Source: Perkinsus olseni (taxonomy: Eukaryota). Taken from it: a DNA stretch of 56,613 nt. Both the position numbers and the translations under genes were made by a program. Location of the stretch: assembly GCA_013115125.1 (NCBI GenBank), contig JABANN010000180.1, forward strand, positions 1 through 56,613, given 5' to 3'. This document shows, piece by piece, positions 35,786 to 48,692 of the stretch (its first letter is position 1; the number at the start of each line of letters is the position of its first letter). The notes under the pieces are model-generated. The model was not told the origin of the DNA. It ran no database searches and was given only the letters and a program-made list of their open reading frames with translations.

Positions 35786-38700
35786 TCATGCAAGCAACCT
35801 GGGTTCGAACCCCATCTCCTCCCGAGGGACGCCGTACCTGAGGCAACACTCAGGCGAGACGGTGCAGCAATAAGCCTACTCCGCCAACTTGGCCTCGAAC
35901 GCCCTCACCAGCTCGGCATGGGCTTTCTGCAGCTTGCGCCGTTCCTGAGGGCAGCGGTCTCAGCAAAGTACCGAGGAAGTGAAGAACCCCTACCTCCTGC
36001 AACTCGGTGATGGTATCGCTCTTGGTTGCCATGATCGTTTCAAACTTCTTAGAGACGCCCTCGGCCGTCCCCAGACTTCCGCCGTTCGCAGAAGTCATTA
36101 CCTCCGACACTTGCGTGTCAGCAACTTCAATGGAATCCTGAGACCGCTCGAAATCCTTCGAGGCCAGCCGGACTCAGGAGACCTGGATGTTCTCCAGTTT
36201 TCTCTCCAGTAACAAGTTCTTGAGTCCACTCTTCTGCTGCACGTCGTAGATCATCTGTTGGAACTTGTCTGCAACCGTATTGCGCTCGGCCGAGGCTGCT
36301 TCCGTTTGCTGCTCCAAGACAGCGTGCTGAGGGCACATCCGCGTCATGGCCATCACAGAAAGGTATGCGTACGCATGGTACGCCAGTGCGCTTTCGCGAG
36401 TTCTTTGACGTATTTAAGGTTCACCTTCGCTGGTCCGTGTGAGTTTATAGTCCAACGCTTACGGTTCCGGCTCGGTTGGCCGACTCAAAGCCGATGCGCT
36501 CAGTTAGAGCCTCTCTATAGCGTTAATATGCACTGCAATAAGACGGTTCGCCAAGACGCTTCCCTCGGGGGTACGTTCGAACACAGAAGTCTCCTTTCCT
36601 CCTGACTTTCCCTCGCTGGTTGTTACAAGAAGGAGACTTTTAGCCCCGCGCCACGATGATGAGAATTTTCAATAGAAATTTTCCAACGCTTCGTATCCCC
36701 AGAACATCTTTGTCCTCAGTTTTCACACAATGACACGAAAGAAACCGCCCGCCGCGTATGTATCACCACCACCTTTTTCCCAGAAATTTTTCATCAGAAA
36801 AACACATGCCTGGCATCCACGCCAATTTCCTTCGCGCCCACCTACCTGGAACGACTGCCTCGAAAGGGCTTTCTCCTGCTCCGCAATCTTCTCCTTCAGC
36901 ACACCTATTTTCCGCTTATCTTCCAGGAACCTGTCGAGGTCGTCAACAACGTCGTCACACAGGTACAGCGTTACGAGGCGTAGGTGTCCTTCAGCTGTTC
37001 AACGTCCTCTTTCGCCCGCTTTAACGGCTCGGAAAGAGCCGCATTTTTACGCTTGAGTTCTCGCCTGCCATACGGAAGATACTTGTAAAGATCGTCCCGC
37101 TGAGACAACCTTCGGCCGATAAGAACCCACCTTACACCAAGCCAAATCACTGATGACAATAAGATAGCAGATGATGAAATGAATCCCAGACGACAAAACT
37201 CCGGCATTTTTTCTTCAAGTTTTCCCCAGGAAAATTTTGCAAGGAAATTTCGTATTGAAGAAGTTACTTGGGCGAAGTGACCGCGTGAAATGACTTCCAA
37301 CGCGATGACTGGAGTTTTACCCGAGATATGGAAAGACTTGTGGAGAAGACACTTCACGTTTCGCACATACGACAGGCGCAATTCACCCGAAGGGCTCTGC
37401 ATTTGGCGAAGCGCTGAAGAGGATTTTTTATTCTGAAATAGGTAAAGTAGTCGCTGATCAACACTCGAGAACGACAATAACAACGGAAACCTATTCGGAA
37501 CCGCTCCGGCTACTAGGCTATCACACTTTTCTATATGCATGAGCGACGCGATTTGGTGAAGGAGTGGTATTGACGCAATCATGACAGTACATGAGCTTAG
37601 CATCGGCCATTTCTCGTTTCTTAAGCTCAGCATGTTCTTCTTTCAACCTTTTGATGAGCTCCAAATTCGAGGAGGTTATATCTCCATAATAGAGTTTGAT
37701 ATCCTGCCGACGACCAACGATGCTGTACCCGAGGATTTGGCAAGTCGCCGAGGGACTTGCCTGAAACTCCCTCATATTTTTGTGCATCAACTCCTTCACT
37801 TGTCGATTTTTATCCGCTTCAATCCGCTGCAGCTCAGCCTTCCTTTCCTTCTCCCGCTCATCTCTCAGGGTTTTCATGCGCAAGCCGTACCTGGTTGAAT
37901 TCACCAAGGGCGTAAACTGCATGAAGCAGTACCACCCCAAACGCTATTAACGGGAGGAGAGAGAGATCCACAGCGATCAATTTATTACATGTAAAAAATG
38001 TTTTCGCCAGGGCGTGTAAATCAAGGCCGAAAAATAAATTTTTTGCTGCGTCATCGGTGATTCAGGCGTAAAACCTAATTACCTATTTTACGAAGCGTAA
38101 AGCTTTCGAGAACCAGATTGGTCCTGGGAGATACCTTCACCGTCGCTGTCAATGACCAACTTAGGACGCTACGATTTTCGAGCTTCACTCAGAGAGCACC
38201 TCCGATGGCGAGGAAGGCTACAACTATACGAACAGAGTCCTAGTAAGCCTAAGGCAGGCATCGGGCTATAAGCCCAACAATAACTCGCCCAAACCAGCCA
38301 ATTCGATGCGCCGAAAACCACACCAAACAATCGTAGCTCCACCGAGCTTGGTTTGGGCCTACTTTTGCATCAGGTCCCGTGCTTTCTTGTCGTACTCCTG
38401 TCTGAGGTGAAGTACTCGCTCGTCCTGCTTCAGTTTCAAGGCTCGTAAATAAGCGGCAGATGTATTCTGCGCTTCCCTGGCTTCCACGTGCGTCTGTCGT
38501 ACGGCTCGGAAGGCTTCGTGTTCCCGAGGCCTACAGAGGTCGCCGGCTAGGGGAGAGGCAAGCGACGTCGGGGCTCACAAGTGGGTCGCCTCAGCGTGCT
38601 GCTGCGACGCCTTCTCGCAAGCAATTCTTTGCTCTATCGTTTGGTCTACTAGGTGAAATCGGAGGTGCTTCAGTCGCTGAGGGAGGACAAGGTAACACGA

Positions 38701-39550
38701 CTCAAGTCTACATGAACCTAATGATCATTATTATGGTATCCGCTTTATTAATATCGACAACTTGATAGACAATATAATGTATCACAAACAAAAAAAACAG
38801 GGATCTGCAATTTACGGTCATATCAAACAGATTTATAATATATAATTTTGAATATTTACAGTAGATAGGTAGTGAAGTAATACCTACTGCAACGACAACC
38901 ACGGCCGTGTTAATTTCTAGGTGAAAGAAATCTGACCTGTTGGAACATCTTCAACTCGATCTGATTCCGCTCCTGAAGATCTTCGAGATCTCGTTCTCTG
39001 TTACGCAGCTCCGCTTCGCGTTCATTTCGAGTCTTCTTTGCACCTTTTTCAAGGCACGGAGCGCTCAACCTTCCATCCTACCGCGCCGGAAAATACGACA
39101 GTCGCTTCTCGTCAAGGTCCTGCGCCAGCTCGGTTCCATTCCGACCAGAGTCGCTCAGCGAATTCTCGCCTTACCCGTCCAAAAGTAGTTTATCTTCTCG
39201 CGTTCTTGCAGAAATTGATTGTACATTTTCTCGTCCTCCTACCACGACCACGACGTCCCCTCCGGCTCACGACAGCAGACAGTGGTACAGTGTATTCCTC
39301 CCTGATTTGCCTTGCCTCCTTTTGAAGCGCCAAGATTCTCGCCGCCAACGCCGGGTCAACTGAAATCAGATTTCAGCTGCAAGATTTCCTAGAGAATGGG
39401 AGACGGTTGGGACGACATCGAGTGCCTCAAAATCCGCGGTAACGAAGTTGATGAGCTTGGCAACTCCGAAGGGCAGGAAATGAACTCACCAGGGACTTGA
39501 GCGTCGTTCTCCGTGCCTTTCTTAGCTTTCTTCGCTTTCTTAGGTGGCAT
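35786..39550 (-). CDS. GAS8: Growth arrest-specific 8 / dynein regulatory complex subunit 4, multi-exon
   Basis: MPPKKAKKAKK start; DIKLYYGDITSSNLELIKRLKEE, LSEPLKRA, IYDVQQKSGLKNLLLERKL, C-terminal EAKLAEYGVPREEMGFEP. Confidence 0.9.
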
Positions 39551-39960
39551 TAGGAAAGAGGTGAGCGCAAATCTGCTAGTCCACGAAGATGGCTACTGAA
39601 GGCAGCTAATGTTTTTGACAAGTTGCCAGAGAGGTCCGACTCTGTCAAACAGAACGCACTCAGTCACTTCTCAGACTGAGGATCTCAGTACAGTTTCAGA
39701 GCATCAGTAGCCCTCCGGAAATTCTACAGCGACTAGCCTCCTCAGGACGCCCTCCTGTTCTACGAACTGAATTCTGAACTTAAAGTTGATTCCAGAATTG
39801 ATTTTTACATGTTCAATTTGTTTCTAGAATCGCTAGTTCGTCGCCGAACCTCACAAAGACCACCTTCGGCTCGAAGGCTTCGAGCCCTCCATTCCACCTC
39901 ATGTCATCAAAGGCCTCGAGCAGTTCTTCCCAGTACCATCTCTCCGATACCGGAGAAGTA

Positions 39961-40196
39961 GGGTGATTCCCAAAATCCAAGGGAGAGGTACAAAATCCAA
40001 GGAAGCGTTTTCAGGGATCTGCATTACCTGGGCAACAGTTCCGGGATCGGGTTGCCCTGTCGGGTTTCGGGAGGGGTTTCTGGTTTCCCGTTCCTGCCTT
40101 CACCCACAATTCAGCCTTTTCTCTGTCGCCTTTGCCTCCCTGTTGCACGCGCTTCCTTGGATTTTGTACCTCTCCCTTGGATTTTGTACTTCACCC
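39961..40196. mobile_element. Mutator-like MITE, 236 bp
   Basis: TIRs begin GGGTGA and contain a perfect 37-bp inverted block CAAAATCCAAGGGAGAGGTACAAAATCCAAGGAAGCG. Flanking 10-bp TSD: CGGAGAAGTA (39951-39960) and CGGAGAACTA (40197-40206). Confidence 0.88.
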
Positions 40197-40753
40197 CGGA
40201 GAACTAAGATTTGACTGCGGGCGAGCGCTAAGTCTGTGATACTCGCGCACGCCCAAAGTCGGAGGACCAATCCGATGATGAAGATGACAATGAACAGGCG
40301 CGGGATGTGATAGTGAAGGGACCGATCCGCTCTTCAGCGTCGTCGTCATTCTCGAGCCAGCTAGGTTGACCACGATGATCCGGTGTCGGCCATCGTGTAG
40401 TGTTGTTGTGTAACCGTTGCGCTCGCGGGTCGACTCTAGCCTAGCCCGCCCCAGCGGGCGGCGTAACGCTAGTGGATTCTTATTCAATAGACGTGAGATG
40501 GGGGAGTTATTGCGCATTGGTAGGTGTGTCATTGGTCGCAGTGTAGAACATGGCTTGTAATACAAAAACTAAGATTATTCTTTATATTCACACTCCTGTG
40601 GACTTGCGTTCCCATTCATCATGACCGATGAACAGCACACACACGCCGGACTGGTTTTACTCAAGCCAAGGGATTCCGAGCTGGCTGATTGAACGCCCAC
40701 AGCGTTCCAAGTTCGATACTCACAGTTTTTATTTTCGTTACTTGATTGTTAAC

Positions 40754-42335
40754 ATGGAGAAATACTCTATCGACAGCAACTTCGTTGCCGGTCTCAAGAA
40801 CAGTGAGCTCGTCACCCTCTCGAACGACCAGATTAGGGTGACTATCGCCGAGTACGGTCTGTATATCATCAGCATCGAGACTCCCGACCGTGATGGGAAA
40901 TTTTCTCCCATTAATCTCAACTACGGTCGTGACTGGTCCAAGTACCTCAACGATGACGTCTACCTCTGCTGCATCGCCGGGAGGTGAGTTCGCGTCCGGT
41001 CACTTCGATGGTGTGGGCGGATCTCCGCCCTTCGCGACTCCACAATCTTCTTTAGTCTTTCATTTTCCTATCCACGATCATAGTTCGAGAGATGTTTGAG
41101 ATCACAGCTCGGCGCGATCTTTTTTCACGTTGCATGCCCGACCTATAACGAAGGAAGCCATTTCGCTGGTCTTGTGTTCAGGTATGCTAATAGAATTGCC
41201 TACGGTCGTATGACGATCGATGGAAAGGAGTATCAAACTACTATCAACAACGGCGAGCACTGCAATCATGGCGGCGTGAATGGTTTCAACAAGAAGCTTT
41301 GGAAGCACAGCGACTCCTATAGAGATGGTGAGAGCGTGGTTAAGTTTTCTTGTGATTTTCGAAATGTTTTTCCTTAGAAAAGTCTGCCTCTGCCACCTTC
41401 ACGGTGCGTTCTGCGGACGGCGATGAGGGTTTTCCCGGTAACCTCGATGTTACCGTTGTTTTCACCATCACCGGCAACAAGTTCGCGATGGAGTACTACG
41501 CCACCACCGACGCGCCCACGGTTGTTAACCTAACACATCATGTCTACTTCAACTTGGACGATGATCATTCACAGACTATTTACAAGCACCTGCTCTGCAT
41601 GCCGACCGCTGACAAGTTCCTGAAGGTCGAAAACGGCGGTATCCCCGTGAAGGGCGAACCGTGCGATGTTAAAGGTGAGTTCATAGCGCGACATTTTCAT
41701 TTTCTTGCGCGCGATGGACGGATAGGCTCTTGAATATGATCATCGCGGTTATCAATTTGCGGGTGTGAATCAGTTGGGGAGATCCATGGCAAGCGTCGTA
41801 GCATCTCGCACTTGGACGTCGAAAAGACTTTAGATATTCGGAAGTTTCGTCTCTCCGGTCTGTCTCATAGTTCGGTAAAATATGGTATGAATAATTCTGT
41901 GATAGCATGATTATTGATGAATGAGTGTAATGAAGTCTCAATAACTTCCATCGGCCTTCGCCGTTCTTAGGTACGGTGTTCGATTTTGCCTCGCCCGAAG
42001 CTCTCGGTGACGTCCTCTCCCAAAAAGATGAGCAGCTGACTGAATGCAAGGGCGTCGACCACACCTTTCTATTGCCTGGCAAGGACAACGACATGAGGCT
42101 ACTCGGAAGCCTCTACTGCGCCTCGTCGGGTCGTCGTGTGACCATCAGCACGACGCAGCCGGGCGCTCAAGTTTACACTGGCAACTACCTCCCTAAGGAG
42201 AACAATGCCGTAGCCATCGAAACGCAGGACTACCCCAACTCGCCCAACCGCCCGGACTTCCCTTCGACCCTGTTGAGGCCTGGCGAGAAGTACTACTCTA
42301 AGACTGAGTATGAGTTCACTGTTGAACAAGCGTGA
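40754..42335 (+). CDS. GALM: Aldose 1-epimerase (galactose mutarotase), 4 exons
   Basis: GR|YANRIA, NNGEHCNHGG, DGDEGFPG, NLTHHVYFNL, TTQPGAQVYTGN, AIETQDYPNSPN. Confidence 0.95.
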
Positions 42336-42512
42336 GGAACGAATGAGTTTATATTGATTTTGGGAAGTTATTATCACCCTTGTTTATGTTTTCGGGTGCG
42401 TCATTGACGGTGTCCGTTTCTAAGCGCGGCTGTTTTTCGTCGTTAATTTTTGCGGGAGATTTTTCGGGCGGAATTTCTCGGGTTCCCATTTCGAGTTCGG
42501 TCGTACTTAACC

Positions 42513-43762
42513 ATGGAAATGCGCGGGACCATTCCTTCTTTTCTGGCTCGGTCAGCGTTGCCGAGCAAGGGAACGGGGAAAAGCAACCCGCCCTCGGAAA
42601 AGCGAGATGACGGCGCTGTTGCCAGACGGACTACTGTTCGCAGTGAATCGCCGGCGACGTCTAGCGTGACGTCAGCAGGAGGCCGGTGTGAGCGAGATGA
42701 TCGCGGAGACGAGAACGAAAGACTTAAGAAGATTGTGGGATCGCAAAGGGCGAAGATACGGATTATGGAGAAGCAGCAGGACCTGGAAGAAGCCATCCTG
42801 GAGGAGTTCAGACTGGAGGCCGCAGAGGAAGCTTTTACGGAACGTCGTGTCCTCTTCTTGAAGGTGGGGTACAGCGCCCTTCGCTCCGCTGTAAGATCTA
42901 TCATCGCGGTCGGGAAGGGAGCACGATAGTCCGACCCCCTATTATTCTCACCCATTGCCAGGCTGGGAATCCCAGCCTATGGTTACTCACCGTGGGGTTT
43001 ACTACCGCACTTTCCGGTGATGACGTACCACCCACCACAGAGCGGCGGCCATAGTGATGGCGGAAGGAAACTCAGATTTTCGGCGTTAGGAGAGAAGAAA
43101 CTACCCCAGTTTGTTTCATCGGTCCATGCAGTAAAAGTCACAGCGGCCCCTAGAAAAGTTGGGTAAAGAACAGGCGCGTCGGCGGAGGCGACTGTCGGTT
43201 GTCGACTCGACAACCTTACCGAGTTCGCGGTCTCGATCGGTGGCTTAGAACTCTCTTTATTGCGCACAGTAAACTGTTTTCCTAATCTTCCAGTCCGGTA
43301 AAGAGTTGACTTGCTCAGGCCCAACTCCTCTGTCTAGAGCGTCGCATTGAAAGGCTCCAACGGGCGCTGAAGAACTCGACAGCGTCACGTCCTCTTCTTC
43401 GCGCTACGGTATCACAGCAGTCGAGGAAGGCTGCTGTGCTCGAGGCCGAATCGGTGATCGCCACGGCTGTTGCCGCCATAAGGGAAGCGCACGCTGGTTT
43501 CGTGGGCAACGGTACCACGGAGGGACTCGATCAGCTGTGTGAAGTCTTACGAGAGACTTGTTATCAACTGTTGATGACGTGGAGAAATGACAAGTCAGAG
43601 CAAGATGGCCAAGATTTCGCTCTAGCTCCTGTTCGACCGAAGGGCTGCTGTAAAGAGTGTCAAAAAGAGATCGATAAGTGGGTGAAGGGATGCTCGGCTG
43701 CTTGCAATTTGAGACTCGATCAAATGAAAGATGAGATTGAGAGAAGACAGTTTCCTCGGTGA
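42513..43762 (+). CDS. Hypothetical coiled-coil protein (2 exons: ~42513-42863, 43319-43762)
   Basis: Two open frames joined by AAG|GTGGGG...CTCAG|GCC in phase 0; heptad-rich sequence. Confidence 0.6.
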
Positions 43763-44425
43763 TGCAACGAGACGTCGTGTTCACAGACATGCTTCGCTCC
43801 GCTCCCTCTAACAGAAGAATAATTTCCAGCTTCGAAAGATTATATCTGCATGATTCTGAGAGCGAGTCTGCACGGCAGTCATCCAACTGTTGCCGCCTGA
43901 AAGATGGATGAAGCTACTCCTGAGATATGACCTGTTCAAACCGTGATATGATTTTACGTTGGACGAAGGATATTAAAAAGAAACTTCACTTGAGTTTTGA
44001 TTCATATTTGCCGCCCCGCAGGCTCTCGAGCTGGACCTAGGATTTGCTTCAAGAAAGCGACATTCGGCAGAAATAGTGATGGGAGTTCATCCCGGTGGTG
44101 TGCTTGCGTCGTCGAGCGGTCGTCTATCCATAGACTGAGTCATACAGTTTCAATACGTCATGCGCTTCGCTCCGCTGACATTTGACATGCGTTTTCCCAC
44201 ACTTTCCTTCGTGGGCTGCGTCTTACAGTCTGTAACTCTGTAAATGAAGCCACTATGCCAGTGACCTCATTTTTCCATGTGCCGCACATTCCTCGTTACA
44301 GACTGAACTTGGCCACTTGGTGCACCCGAACAGCACAACTGTCCGCCATACCGGCTTCAATCCCGATGTACTGAATCCAACATGAATGTTATTAGACAGT
44401 AGAAGTAATATTTTATAAGAACGTT

Positions 44426-44495
44426 AGTGTTGTAGCGACCTACAGTGAGTAGTACTACACTATTGGAGACGCGGGTTCGATCCCCGGCAACAGTA
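44426..44495 (+). other. Degenerate tRNA-like element
   Basis: B-box GGTTCGATCCC, 6/7 acceptor pairing (AGTGTTG/CAACAGT), a 5-bp anticodon-like stem, shortened D-arm and downstream TTTT. Confidence 0.45.
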
Positions 44496-44854
44496 CTTTT
44501 CAGTAACCATAGGAATATCCCAATAAGCCGTTATAGCAAGCCTCAGTCCGCTGCCGTTTAGTACAGCTGCCTTCCAACGATCGTCTTCTCTTGTTGTCCC
44601 TCCTCGCCATCCAATCAGCCAACCGTCGTTGCTTCTCGTAGTCGTCCCACGCCCTCTGCTCGGCATCCCGGAAGGTATCATGTCCGAACAGCATCGGCGG
44701 AACGGGCAATTTTGAAGCGGACAACATACCAAACTGATCAGCACAAAAATTCCTTTTCAAAACTTAACTCAAGCACCACTTTTTCTCACCAGAGTAAGTG
44801 CAGCACAAATTATACAATTATTACAGTAGTACTAGTGTACACCCAAAGTTACTG

Positions 44855-46991
44855 TCACCTGTCCGTGATAGCCCGCACCGGCCGCCCCGAAAGAGGAGGG
44901 CTCAGGAACCGCAACTTGTCCACTTCGTCCTCGTCCTCATCCTCCAACACCGATAGCGACCCTCGCTGTACTGTGGGGGGCACTGGAGTCGGTACTATGT
45001 TAGCACTAGCCGCTCGAGCCCGATTGGCGAGCCAGAGCTTCCGGGGCGTCACGCAATACTCGGTGAAATTGCGCATAGTCATCGCGAACTTTTCCGGCTG
45101 TTCTTCTTCTACCTGAAAAGAAAACCTCATCTTCTGCGGGAAGCGAAGCCAACTTTGCGCCGAAATTTTATCCGAAAAATTACGCTTTAATTCACGAAAT
45201 ACTTACACAACTTACGCAATGCTCACTAGAACCATGGGAGACAGCCGTACCGGTAACGGATACCGCCCAACCACAACAAACAGGACCTCTACGCATGACT
45301 AGCCTTGAACGTTCCACAATTCTTCATCCGTAGCAAAAAGAATATTGACCGATTCATAAAATGCATCTACCGGCGTCAACGCTTTGTCGTTAAAAACATT
45401 TCCAAGCGTAAAAAGCGATGCCCTGCCCTTCCCGTACTACCAGATGGCCACATCTCGGCACGATTTCCCATCTCACATCACAGCGCATGGACAGCAGGTG
45501 AGTGAAGAAGCGCTGATACTCTCTTTTCGGTACTATCTTATCGTGGTCACCCGTCAACAGGAGGATGGGGCACTTGGGCAAGTTAAGGGGTATCTTCCAC
45601 CGCACGTTAGTACGTTGCTTGTTCATCTCCACTATGGCCGCATCCCAGCCCTCCAGCCTTGTCGGTATTCGATAATCCTCTTGCAGCCACTGAGGAATCT
45701 TACTACTCCGATACCACGACTTCCTCATCATGAAGTCCGCCACCTCTGAGCGGAGCATTGACAGGGACAAGGCCCGGCTAACATTGCTGGTCAAGATGGA
45801 GCGGATAACGCCAGGCAAACCCATACCGGTGGTGACGGTTGGCGAAATGAGCACGACACCGCTGACGCTCTCGTTGCGGGCTGCCGACTCCAAGGCGAGT
45901 AGAGCACCAGCACCAACGCCTACGAGAATCTGGGGTAGGTTACTGCTGGCCGAATAGCGACGGAACAGTTCCACCGTCTCCCGGGCGAAGGAGACAGAAT
46001 ACGGCGGTAGGAGGACTGGACGGCCATCAGCGGCCATAATATGAACTGGCGCCGCCGGGTCCCTAGGCCTCTCTGTGAAGCCGTGGGCGGGGCGGTCGAA
46101 GCAGGTGACGTTGGCGTTGCACTCACTCACGAGGAGAGGTACCGACCGTTTCCAGGTGAAACAGCCGCCGCCGAACTGATGAATCAGCAGCAAGTTGACG
46201 ACTGGCGTGGTAGAACGATGGGTTTGATAGTAGCAAAGAATCCCACCAGCAGTATCTCGATACGGCCATTCCATATCGTCATAGTCCATGCCAGTGGCCG
46301 TGCAGAGGTAGTGAGCGTCGGGTCCGGGAGCGAAGACACGGTGAGCGGAGTCAGCAGATACCGTGGAGGACTTCGAACCTTGCTCGAGGTCCATGTCGCT
46401 GTCAACGCTGCTGGTGACGGTGATCTCCTTGGGACGGTCGGGGCCGAGCAAGGGCGCCTCTAGGTCAGCGTTATGGACTTGTCGGTGATGATGACGAGGG
46501 CGACGCCTGGCGAAGGGAAACCGCGCTGTTAACCGGAAGTTGGCGTTGAAGCGACACAGTTTTCGCTGCCGTATACGGTCTGAATGCTTGAGAAAGAACA
46601 CTCCCTCCAGGACACAGAGGACGATGATGGTGAGCGTGTGACCGGGCATCCTCTCTGAAGTGGTATAGAGCCAAAGCGTGTAGACGATAGACGCTACTAC
46701 TGTGACCGAAACGACTATGTCCGGGACCATAGAGGTTCTACGCCGGTACTGGAAGGCGATGTTGATGATAATAAAACGCACAACAAAAATGGCCACATAA
46801 GCGTACAAGGCAAACAGGCTGTAATGGTACTGGTTGTTGACGAAGTTGCCCACGGAAGAAAGGCAGACTATCAGGTCAAGCAAAGAGAGAATGCGGGGTA
46901 CACGGGACTTAAGCAAGAACAACAGGCAGTTAATGGCAAACTTAAGGGCAAAAAGCCATTCTAAGGCCTTAGACGACGATGCCCCTGCCAT
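44855..46991 (-). CDS. Multi-pass membrane protein with C-terminal alpha/beta-hydrolase fold (2+ exons)
   Basis: N-terminal TM helices; LLIHQFGGG, FDRPAHGFT, VGVGAG elbow, TGDHDKIVP, and CGHL|VEEEQPEKF across an intron at ~45114-45442. Confidence 0.8.
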
Positions 46992-47120
46992 TTGGAACGG
47001 AACGTCGTCTGAAGAAGAATCGTATCCTAGGTTGATCCGCGGATTTTGTAGATCGCGCACGCCATTCTAATCGATTGGAATGTCTACGAGCAATTACTTA
47101 TCCATCTTGTAGTTGCTCCT

Positions 47121-48142
47121 ATGAGCGTTCCTGTTGCCTCGAGTGGCTCCTGTTCCTCGGGTTCGGTCACCAGTCCCGAAGTCCAACCGCCGGCCTCCAC
47201 GGCTGATGGCCAGTCAGTGTCCCTCCTCCTGCAGAGTGAGGACGATACCGTAAGGCTAGGCCAGCAGATAGCAAGCGTCGTGCGCCCGGGCTGCACAGTA
47301 CTGCTGAAGGGAAATCTGGGCGCGGGCAAAACATGCCTGGCACGAGCCCTATTGAGACACGTCATGCAGAAGGAAGCCCTGGAAGTGCCGAGCCCCAGCT
47401 ATTTGATAAGCTTCACGTATGTTGTTGAGGACGACTATGGTCTGTTGAAGAAGGGCTCCAAGGTAGCGGTGGTGGGCTGGGGTTGATGGACAGGTCCGGT
47501 GTAGGTGCATCATTTGGACCCCTACAGGCTGGCGTCGGGCAAGGTGGCTGCTTTGTTCGACTTTGATACTGCCTTTAAGGAGGATATCACTATCATCGAG
47601 TGGCCTGAGCGACTTGGTAGGGAGTTAATCGGTTGATAGTGTGATTGTAGCATAAAATTTGAGAAGGTGACACCGGTAGGCTTTAATCAGTTGACAGTGT
47701 CATTGTAGCATAAAATTTGAGAAGGTGACACGGGTAGGCTTTAATCGGTTGACAGTGTCATTGTAGCATAAAATTTGAGATGGTGACACCGGTAGGCTTT
47801 AATCCGTTGACTTTGTTATTGTAGCATAAAATTTGAGAAAGTTAGACCGGTAGGTATTTAATCGGTTGACAGTGTGACTGTAGCATAAAATTTGAGATAG
47901 TGGAACCGTAAGCGCGCTACCAAGCAGGTGCCGTTGCTTTCTCAGGGGCCAATGTGGCACCCCCGACCAGCTCTTCCCTAGTGGTCTACTTCAGTGGCGT
48001 TGGTCCGCAGGCGGTAGGCCGACACGTCACGTTAAGCTGCAGCGACGATGCTGAGTACTGGAGCTCGGTGCTCAAGACCTGGCCGCCAGAAATCCGGACG
48101 GGGAAGCCTCGTCCGGTGGCAGACCAACAGGGGACGATCGTG
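47121..48142 (+). CDS. tsaE: TsaE (YjeE) ATPase domain; exons 47121-47462, 47505-47616, 47946-48142; likely the N-terminal part of a TsaE-TsaD fusion
   Basis: LLKGNLGAGKT (Walker A), VPSPSY, HLDPYRL, IIEWPERL. Confidence 0.92.
47617..47907. repeat. Intronic minisatellite, 58-bp unit x5
   Basis: GTAGGCTTTAATCGGTTGACAGTGTCATTGTAGCATAAAATTTGAGAAGGTGACACCG starting at 47617, 47676, 47734, 47792 and 47850. Confidence 0.95.
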
Positions 48143-48692
48143 GTACTGCGGGAATACCGTTGAGGGGAGCTTACTATGGATAACGGACAGTGCTCGCGTC
48201 AACGCGGATGTCGGTTCAGCCCGATCAACTGTGGTCTCAGCGGGCCTAGGAAAGCCTTTCTAGTGTCGCGAGGCCTTCACGTAGTGACTCGGAGGTGCTG
48301 CCACCAGCGGCAACACTTCGTTTTTGGAGAGCATCGGCGACGGCCACCCCAGCCTGTGTATTAGTTATTAGTGTGTAAAGTCCAACGCCGACAATACTGC
48401 TCAGTTAGACTAGCACCACCGATGAATGTCTCTGTAGGGGACCAGCTTAGCCTGTTGCATTGGCCCGGTGCGTTGAATAGTAAGTATCCTAGCGGTACTG
48501 GGCTCCAGAGGAATTCAAGGCGCGGGGACGTCTTGCTACTCCCGCGGGAGGGCTCGTCAAAACGAAGATCTTTCTTTCGGTGTGGCTGAATATGTCCTAA
48601 ATTCATAGTGGTAGATAAGTCACTTGGATGGTATGGGGGAGTATCTTAGGTTGATGCGTGCTTGAGACGACTGTGCATCTGATCTACTTCAG

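Noticed and set aside
35800-35815. GGGTTCGAACCCC B-box-like palindrome
   Set aside because: It lies in the last GAS8 coding exon (MGFEP) and has no cloverleaf.
36971-37633. 220-aa minus-strand ORF as a separate gene
   Set aside because: Only its end is a GAS8 exon; the rest is intron read-through.
44500-44760. Charged small minus-strand ORF downstream of the hydrolase
   Set aside because: Cannot tell whether it is a last exon, a separate gene or noise without transcripts.
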